Below, one piece after another: positions 26,534-32,000 of a DNA stretch of 32,000 bases. Numbering within the stretch: position 1 is the first letter of the stretch; each line of letters starts with the position of its first letter. This DNA is from an uncultured Gemmatimonadota bacterium (GTDB taxonomy: Bacteria; GCA-2686955; CAYMWF01): assembly GCA_964394085.1 (NCBI GenBank), contig CAYMWF010000025.1, positions 1 to 32,000 of the forward strand, in the 5' to 3' direction. Under the pieces are notes generated by a model that saw only the letters and a list, made by a program, of their open reading frames with translations, did not search any database and was not told the origin of the DNA. The translations under genes were made by a program, and so were the position numbers.

Positions 26534-28000
26534 ATGAACAATCAGAACCGAATCGACCCTGGCGATCTCGCCAACCTGATCCCCAGGTTCTTCACCATCA
26601 ATATCCCGCCGGACAACATGCTGGTCGAGGGGATTTTGAAACCGAGAAAAACCGGCGTCCAGCTGCGGGATGAGATGCCTTTGCTTCTCCTGCTCAATTC
26701 ACTCGGTATCAGGTACGGTGTAATACCCGCCAATGTCCGGGGATTTGTCGAGGCGCTGGCGAAGCCGTCGGAAAAAGCAAAGACATTCGTTCTCGCCAGA
26801 GGGAAACAACCGGGATCCCACACACCTCCCAGGATGGAGCTCTTTTTCAAAAGACCGCTCGAAGAAATCAGGGAATTGACCCCCTTAAGCGGAGATGAGT
26901 TCAGGCAGAAAATTTTCGACAAGATCCTCATCCGGAAGGACGGCATAGCGGCCCGGGTTTACAAGCCTGAGCGCAGCAGTCCGGGAATCACGGTAAAAAG
27001 ACAGGAACTGCCAGCCATACAGGGAACGCCGCCGCCGCTTACATTCAAACGCGGGTTCAGAGACGAAGCACGAACCGACCACGTGGAATACACGGCGGTC
27101 AGGGATGGGATTCCCCGGATATACGGCAGCACCGTGATCCAGGTGCCTATCCAGACCGTGGATAAAACTCTCGTAATCCAGAGCCCGGAAGAATACCAGA
27201 CCAACCTTTTCGTGGCGGGTGATATCACCGGCGAAGGTGATCTCAAGGTCGACGGCAGCCTGTATGTCCAGGGGAAAGTGCTCAATACGAATCTCGACGT
27301 CACAGGAAACATTATCGTGGCGGACCGGGTCATGGGTCGTAAAAAGTCACGGATGGTCTGCAAGGGACATTTCAGCGCGGGTCAGATCGAGGGAGTGGAG
27401 CTGAAGGCTGACGGCATTATCGTCGTCCGCGAAGCACTGTTCAATTCGAGTGTCGTGGGAGATCTGGGAGTGGAGGTTGTCGACGGCAGCGGAGCGATCG
27501 TGGGAGGAAACGTGGAGAGCTGCGGACGAATAAAGGCCAGGAGGGTCGGTACCGCGAGAGGCGTCCGCACGGTGCTTCAGATGCGGGACCAGCTCAAATA
27601 CAGAAAAGATCTGCATAACATTCAGGAAACGATCAAAGAGCTTCTCAACAGTATCAGTCTTGTCGAGCGGATTATCAATTCTCTCAAGCAGACTTCCCCG
27701 CAAAACCAGATCCTCGCCCGCAAACAGCAGCACAAGATACATGAAATGCTTGAGAAGCGGATGCATCTGCTGACCAAGATAACCGCCGCGCGGGCGATAG
27801 AGAATCATTACTCCGATTACACTGAATCGATGAAAAACAAACGAATCGAAGTTCTCGACAACATTTATCCGGGAGTTGAGATCAAGTTCAACGACATGAT
27901 GCAGGAAATTCTCAACGATACCGGTGCAATCGAAATAACGGGAATCGAAGAATCGAATGAGAAGATCGGGAACGAGGAGATTAATAATGAAAGACGATAG
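26534..28000 (+). CDS. FapA/DUF342-family-like polymer-forming domain protein
   Basis: Beta-helix-type repeats 'GDITGEGDLKVDGSLYVQGKVLNTNLDVTGNIIVADRVMGRKKSRMVCKGHFSAGQIEGVELKADGIIVVREALFNSSVVGDLGVEVVDGSGAIVGGNVESCGRIKARRVG' and a C-terminal coiled coil. ATG at 26534 with ggagg SD. Confidence 0.75.
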   Translation: MNNQNRIDPGDLANLIPRFFTINIPPDNMLVEGILKPRKTGVQLRDEMPLLLLLNSLGIRYGVIPANVRGFVEALAKPSEKAKTFVLARGKQPGSHTPPRMELFFKRPLEEIRELTPLSGDEFRQKIFDKILIRKDGIAARVYKPERSSPGITVKRQELPAIQGTPPPLTFKRGFRDEARTDHVEYTAVRDGIPRIYGSTVIQVPIQTVDKTLVIQSPEEYQTNLFVAGDITGEGDLKVDGSLYVQGKVLNTNLDVTGNIIVADRVMGRKKSRMVCKGHFSAGQIEGVELKADGIIVVREALFNSSVVGDLGVEVVDGSGAIVGGNVESCGRIKARRVGTARGVRTVLQMRDQLKYRKDLHNIQETIKELLNSISLVERIINSLKQTSPQNQILARKQQHKIHEMLEKRMHLLTKITAARAIENHYSDYTESMKNKRIEVLDNIYPGVEIKFNDMMQEILNDTGAIEITGIEESNEKIGNEEINNERR

Positions 28001-29183
28001 TGTTCAGGTGATCATTCACTCATTGTTTGAAAACATGAAGGGAGTCGGGATTCTGGATGAACCGGCGTATGAATCTCTTGTAAAGACACTCCGACGCGTT
28101 CCCTCCAAGGGAAACAGAACCAGAGAAACCCGAATCGAACAGGTCCTCGTCAAACTGAATAAACATTTCACGAAACCTATTCCGATCGCCAAGTCGGATA
28201 ACGAAGTCGGCGTGCTTTACCGAATCAGTAAACTGCTCGAGAAAGAACAGAACAGAAAGGACTTTCTCGAGGATCTTCTGAAAGAAGTCCATACGGTGGT
28301 ACCCTTCGAATCGGCAACGATATTTATCGAGAATGAAAAGGACGGCGGAGTCGAACCCGTGTATACATGGGGCGAGACTGTCGACCTGATCCAGGAATTC
28401 AAGTTCGGAAACGGCGCCGGCTTCTCCTCCTGGCTGACCCTTTCCGGACGGCCGATCCTCTTATCCGAGCTGCATGGATCCGGCATGCAGGAATCGCGCT
28501 CGGTCAGGTCGTTCATGGCGTTTCCCCTCGCATCGAGGGGCCATTCGTACGGTGCGTTCCACCTCGGTCACAGTAAAGTCGGCTTCTTCACATCCGAACA
28601 TTTCGAAATGCTCAAGCTCATTGTCAGACAACTGTCGAGCACGATTGAGCGATATCTCCACTTCCACCGTTTTATAGATCTTTCTTACACCGACGAATTG
28701 ACCGGTCTCAACAACAGGAGATACATCCAGCAGAAGCTGGATGAAGAACTGGCCAGATCCCGCCGATACGGCAGGATTTTTTCCTTGATCATGGCCGATA
28801 TAGATCATTTCAAATCATATAACGACAGGTTCGGACACCCGACCGGTGATCTGGTGCTCAAGGAGATCAGCGACCTGCTCCTCACCAGTGTACGCCGCTC
28901 GGATACGGTGGGCAGGTTCGGCGGTGAAGAGTTTCTCATAATTCTGCCCGAAACACCTCTTACCCATGCAAAGCTCCTGGCTTCACGGCTGCGACGAGGA
29001 ATCAGTCTCCTGCACCGGCGTATCGATTCGAAACTGAATACTCCCGTCACTGCGAGCTTCGGAGTATCGAGCTGGGGCAGCAATCCGAAAACGTCATGCA
29101 ATATTCTCGAAACAGTCGATCAGGCGCTGTACAAGGCCAAATCGAACGGCAGGAACAGGGTTGAGTATTGCAAGACCGGCTGA
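27987..29183 (+). CDS. GAF-domain diguanylate cyclase (GGDEF)
   Basis: 'DLSYTDELTGLNNRRYIQQKLDEEL...MADIDHFKSYNDRFGHPTGDLVLKEISDLLLTSVRRSDTVGRFGGEEFLIILP' gives GGEEF with RxxD I-site (RRSD) at the canonical spacing; upstream GAF-like region 'VVPFESATIFIENEKDG...MAFPLASRGHSYGAFHLG'. ATG at 27987. Confidence 0.9.
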   Translation: MKDDSVQVIIHSLFENMKGVGILDEPAYESLVKTLRRVPSKGNRTRETRIEQVLVKLNKHFTKPIPIAKSDNEVGVLYRISKLLEKEQNRKDFLEDLLKEVHTVVPFESATIFIENEKDGGVEPVYTWGETVDLIQEFKFGNGAGFSSWLTLSGRPILLSELHGSGMQESRSVRSFMAFPLASRGHSYGAFHLGHSKVGFFTSEHFEMLKLIVRQLSSTIERYLHFHRFIDLSYTDELTGLNNRRYIQQKLDEELARSRRYGRIFSLIMADIDHFKSYNDRFGHPTGDLVLKEISDLLLTSVRRSDTVGRFGGEEFLIILPETPLTHAKLLASRLRRGISLLHRRIDSKLNTPVTASFGVSSWGSNPKTSCNILETVDQALYKAKSNGRNRVEYCKTG

Positions 29184-29194
29184 GCTGCAAGCCG

Positions 29195-29233
29195 ATTCGC
29201 GTCCGCCGGCGCAGCGAATGACGGTACTTTTTT
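29195..29233 (+). terminator. Possible weak intrinsic terminator after the GGDEF gene
   Basis: Inverted repeat attcgc (29195-29200) / gcgaat (29214-29219), followed by a T6 run at 29228-29233. Short stem and offset T-tract. Confidence 0.3.
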
Positions 29234-29373
29234 CCCACCGGGGCACATTTTACCTCCTCCAGGTGCTCTATTTACCCCGACATTTTGTTATCTCTTATTT
29301 ATGTAACCCCCTACTTTCTTTATTTTACAACACGTTGCACAACCAACACGCCTTGCAGGTTCTTCAGCTCAAC

Positions 29374-29389
29374 TGGCACGCCTCTTGCG
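29374..29389 (+). promoter_or_regulatory. Strong candidate sigma54 (RpoN) promoter upstream of flgF-flgG-flgA
   Basis: TGGCACgcctcTTGCG matches TGGCACNNNNNTTGCW at all but the last base, with exactly 10 nt between GG (29375-29376) and GC (29387-29388). It lies ~50 bp before flgF in an AT-rich non-coding gap. Confidence 0.85.
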
Positions 29390-29439
29390 GTTCAGAACGG
29401 GCAAGGTAACCACCGGCGACCCGGAAAGGGGTGATTAAA

Positions 29440-30141
29440 GTGATCAAAGGACTTTGGCACGCACGGCAGGGAATCAACCCCGCCATCGACCGCCAGGAAA
29501 TCATTTCCAACAATATCGCCAACGCGGGCACACCCGGCTTTAAAAAAGATCGCCTCTTCGTGAAGCTCCTTGAAAAGGAAACAGAGCGGATCGAGATGAG
29601 GTTCGGCACTGATTTCCGGAGAGGAGCCACGGTAAACACCGGCAAGCCGTACGACCTGTCGATAGAAGGGGAAAAAGCCTTTTTCGCGGTTTCGACCCCC
29701 AACGGAGAAAGATACACCCGGAACGGGAGCTTCACGGTGAACGCCAACGGCGAGCTTTCCACCGGCGACGGATACCCCGTCCTCTCCGACTCCGGTCCGG
29801 TGCCTGTAAGCGGCGGCCGTTTCACCGTCAGGGAGAGCGGCCGGATTATCGTAGACGGCGTTCCCGTCGGAAGGCTGAAAGTAGTCGACATCCCCGACAC
29901 CACGGTGCTGCTCAAGGAAGGCAACGCACTTTTCCGGTTAAAAGAAGACGCGGCGGCGCCCGATGAACCAGGGACTTCGATCGTGGTGCGGCAGGGTTAC
30001 ATTGAAGAATCGAATGTCAACCCGGTGAGTGAAATGGTTTCGATGATTGAGAGTTTCAGGCTTTACGAAGCGAATCAGAAGGCCGGCTCGATCCAGGACG
30101 AGTCCGTAAGGAAAGCGGTCGGTGAAGTCGGCGCCGTATAG
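29440..30141 (+). CDS. flgF: Flagellar basal-body rod protein FlgF
   Basis: 'MIKGLWHARQGINPAIDRQEIISNNIANAGTPGFKKDRLF' and C-terminal 'IEESNVNPVSEMVSMIESFRLYEANQK'. GTG at 29440 gives the usual MIKG start (ORF track start 29431). Confidence 0.9.
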   Translation: MIKGLWHARQGINPAIDRQEIISNNIANAGTPGFKKDRLFVKLLEKETERIEMRFGTDFRRGATVNTGKPYDLSIEGEKAFFAVSTPNGERYTRNGSFTVNANGELSTGDGYPVLSDSGPVPVSGGRFTVRESGRIIVDGVPVGRLKVVDIPDTTVLLKEGNALFRLKEDAAAPDEPGTSIVVRQGYIEESNVNPVSEMVSMIESFRLYEANQKAGSIQDESVRKAVGEVGAV

Positions 30142-30180
30142 GCCAGAGCAGGCGGCGTCAGCCGCTGACAGGAGAAAATC

Positions 30181-30960
30181 ATGCTCCACGCGATGAGAAC
30201 AGCATCCACAGGGATGTTCTCCCAGCAGAAGAATATCGACACGATCGCCCATAACCTCGCCAACGTAAACACCGCCGGGTTCAAAAAGGGCAAAATCGAA
30301 TTCCAGGATCTCCTTTACCAGACGCTCCGTGAAGCGGGAGGCGGGGAAGGCGAGCCGCCGGCGCCCATCCAGATCGGCAACGGGGTCAGGATCGCCGCAT
30401 CGCAGAGGATGTTCACCCAGGGGGACGTCTTCGAAACCGGCAACCCGCTTGACCTGATGATCGAAGGCGACGGATTCTTCCAGGTCTCCAGGCCCGACGG
30501 AAGCATCGCCTATTCCAGGGACGGCTCCTTCAAGCTGTCGGCGGACGGACAGATCGTCACCTCGATGGGTTACGCCCTCGAACCCGATCTCACCCTTCCT
30601 TCGGATACAAGCGGAATAATGGTTACGCCGGACGGCATCGTATACGCTCAGATCGCCAATGAAACCGAACCGGTGGAAGCGGGTGAGCTCACTCTCGTCA
30701 GATTCATCAATCCCGGCGGTCTCGAGAGCATCGGAGGCAACCTGTTTCTTCAGACCCAGGCCTCGGGGAGTCCGCTGCTCGGCGCTCCCGGCGAAGAAGG
30801 CCTCGGAATACTGCATCCGGGTTATCTCGAAGCATCGAACGTATCGGTGGTCGAGGAGATGGTAAACATGATCCTTGCCCAGCGTGCATACGAGATAAGC
30901 TCGAAAGCGATCCAGACTTCGGATGAAATGCTTTCAATCGCCAACAATCTGAGGAGATAA
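30181..30960 (+). CDS. flgG: Flagellar distal rod protein FlgG
   Basis: 'MLHAMRTASTGMFSQQKNIDTIAHNLANVNTAGFKKGKIEFQDLLYQTLR' and 'GILHPGYLEASNVSVVEEMVNMILAQRAYEISSKAIQTSDEMLSIANNL'. Confidence 0.98.
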   Translation: MLHAMRTASTGMFSQQKNIDTIAHNLANVNTAGFKKGKIEFQDLLYQTLREAGGGEGEPPAPIQIGNGVRIAASQRMFTQGDVFETGNPLDLMIEGDGFFQVSRPDGSIAYSRDGSFKLSADGQIVTSMGYALEPDLTLPSDTSGIMVTPDGIVYAQIANETEPVEAGELTLVRFINPGGLESIGGNLFLQTQASGSPLLGAPGEEGLGILHPGYLEASNVSVVEEMVNMILAQRAYEISSKAIQTSDEMLSIANNLRR

Positions 30961-30991
30961 CTTGAGGAGGCTTTTCCACCGATATGGCGTG

Positions 30992-31942
30992 ATGCTCCTG
31001 CTGGCGGCCTGCGCCGTTTCAGTTGCTTCGGCGACCGCACCTCCGGGAAGCGTCACCATTTCGCTTAAAACCTCCGCCATGGTTAACGAACCTGTCGTAT
31101 TTCTCGAAAACGTATCGTTATTTCCACTCCCTCCCCTGCTCGCCCTGACTCCCATCGCACAGGCTCCAGCGCCGGGTGCACGGATGCGGATAGACAGGAA
31201 ACGGGTCAGAAACGCAGTCCTTTCGACCGGCCGGTGGGAAAGAGGCGTGGAGTTCGATGGTGCCGTCCGGGTCGAAGTGGAACGGAAGGCCGTAGAAATA
31301 GGCTCTGAAAAACTCTGGGATGTCGCCGTGGAAACAGCGACCCGTGCCGTCGGAAAGAAAGTGGCGGACGGCACCGGGTTCAAACTCGTCCGGACCGGCA
31401 GGATGCTCCCGGTCCTGGTTCCGGACAAACCTTACCGTATCGAAGCCGCAGAGCCATCCGGCGGGCTGCGCGGCGGCGAACCTGTTTTCGTCAGGCTGTT
31501 CATCAGGCCGGATGAAGACCCGTACCCGGTTATCGGCAGAACCGCGTCGTTTTCAGTGCATTGGCTGACCCCGGTCCTGGTAGCGCGCAAGACCGTGGCG
31601 GCGGGTTCGGAGCTGACAGGGGATATCGTATCGCTGGAAAAAAGAGAAATCACCGGCAGGATCGAGGATTTCCTGAGGGAAATGCCCTCAGGCTGCAGGG
31701 CCCGCAGGAGAATTACGGCAGGTTCGGCAATCCTGCAGCGGTCCATCGAACCGCTGCCGACGGTAGAAGAAGGCGAGCGCGTTACAGCGTTCTGGCGCAG
31801 CGGCACCATTCATCTGTCACTGGAAGCTAAAGCGCTCGAGGACGGCTGGCCCGGCTCCAGGATCAAGGTTCTCGACAGGGACAGACGGAGAATCCTGTCG
31901 GGAAAAGTCACCCAGGATGGAAGCGTGGCGCTTACGCTTTGA
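30992..31942 (+). CDS. flgA: Flagella basal body P-ring formation protein FlgA
   Basis: Signal peptide, then C-terminal SAF-like 'PVLVARKTVAAGSELTGDIVSLEKREITG...CRARRRITAGSAILQRSIEPLPTVEEGERVTAFWRSGTIHLSLEAKALEDGWPGSRIKVLDRDRRRILSGKV'. Start uncertain: ATG 30992, GTG 30989 or TTG 30962. Confidence 0.92.
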   Translation: MLLLAACAVSVASATAPPGSVTISLKTSAMVNEPVVFLENVSLFPLPPLLALTPIAQAPAPGARMRIDRKRVRNAVLSTGRWERGVEFDGAVRVEVERKAVEIGSEKLWDVAVETATRAVGKKVADGTGFKLVRTGRMLPVLVPDKPYRIEAAEPSGGLRGGEPVFVRLFIRPDEDPYPVIGRTASFSVHWLTPVLVARKTVAAGSELTGDIVSLEKREITGRIEDFLREMPSGCRARRRITAGSAILQRSIEPLPTVEEGERVTAFWRSGTIHLSLEAKALEDGWPGSRIKVLDRDRRRILSGKVTQDGSVALTL

Positions 31943-32000
31943 GCCTGTTTTTTCGCTCCGCATGTGATACCGGAGCAAGACGCACCGAAATGAGCGGGAG

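Noticed and set aside
31943-32000. Start of a further gene (flgH) at the 3' edge
   Set aside because: An ATG at 31990 and an open frame exist, but only a few codons are in the window, so no product can be supported.
1-32000. Entirely new defence, mobile or secretion system in this window
   Set aside because: Nearly all of the sequence is accounted for by standard flagellar genes. No transposases, integrases, tRNA/rRNA genes, toxin-antitoxin pairs or defence signatures were seen; the novel elements are accessory proteins and motif deviations within a flagellar locus.

Overview
The whole window is a co-directional (+ strand) flagellar basal-body, export-apparatus and motor locus. Readable gene order: [degenerate ~74-bp tandem repeats] - flgB - flgC - small unknown ORF - fliE - fliF - fliG - fliH - fliI - fliJ - MotE/FlbB-like - fliK - flgD - flagellar operon protein (TIGR02530-like) - flgE (very large) - motA - motB - fliL - fliM - fliN (long acidic N-terminus) - fliO - fliP - fliQ - fliR - flhB - flhA - flhF - flhG - fliA/whiG-type sigma factor - Lys-rich small ORF - lipoprotein - FapA/DUF342-like - GAF-GGDEF - [AT-rich gap with a sigma54-like promoter] - flgF - flgG - flgA. 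The core is conventional and I see no evidence for a wholly new system. The items most worth a second look are: (i) near-consensus sigma54 (-24/-12) promoters before flgB and flgF; (ii) a cluster of poorly characterised genes directly after the flagellar sigma factor (Lys-rich protein, lipoprotein, FapA-like, GAF-GGDEF); (iii) NPTR in place of NPTH at the FlhB autocleavage site; (iv) GHTC in place of GHTD in the MotB peptidoglycan-binding motif; (v) an unexplained 88-aa ORF between flgC and fliE; (vi) architectural extensions of FliN and FlgE; (vii) the 5' repeat array. Product calls come from recognising family motifs by eye in the supplied translations; no database search was run.
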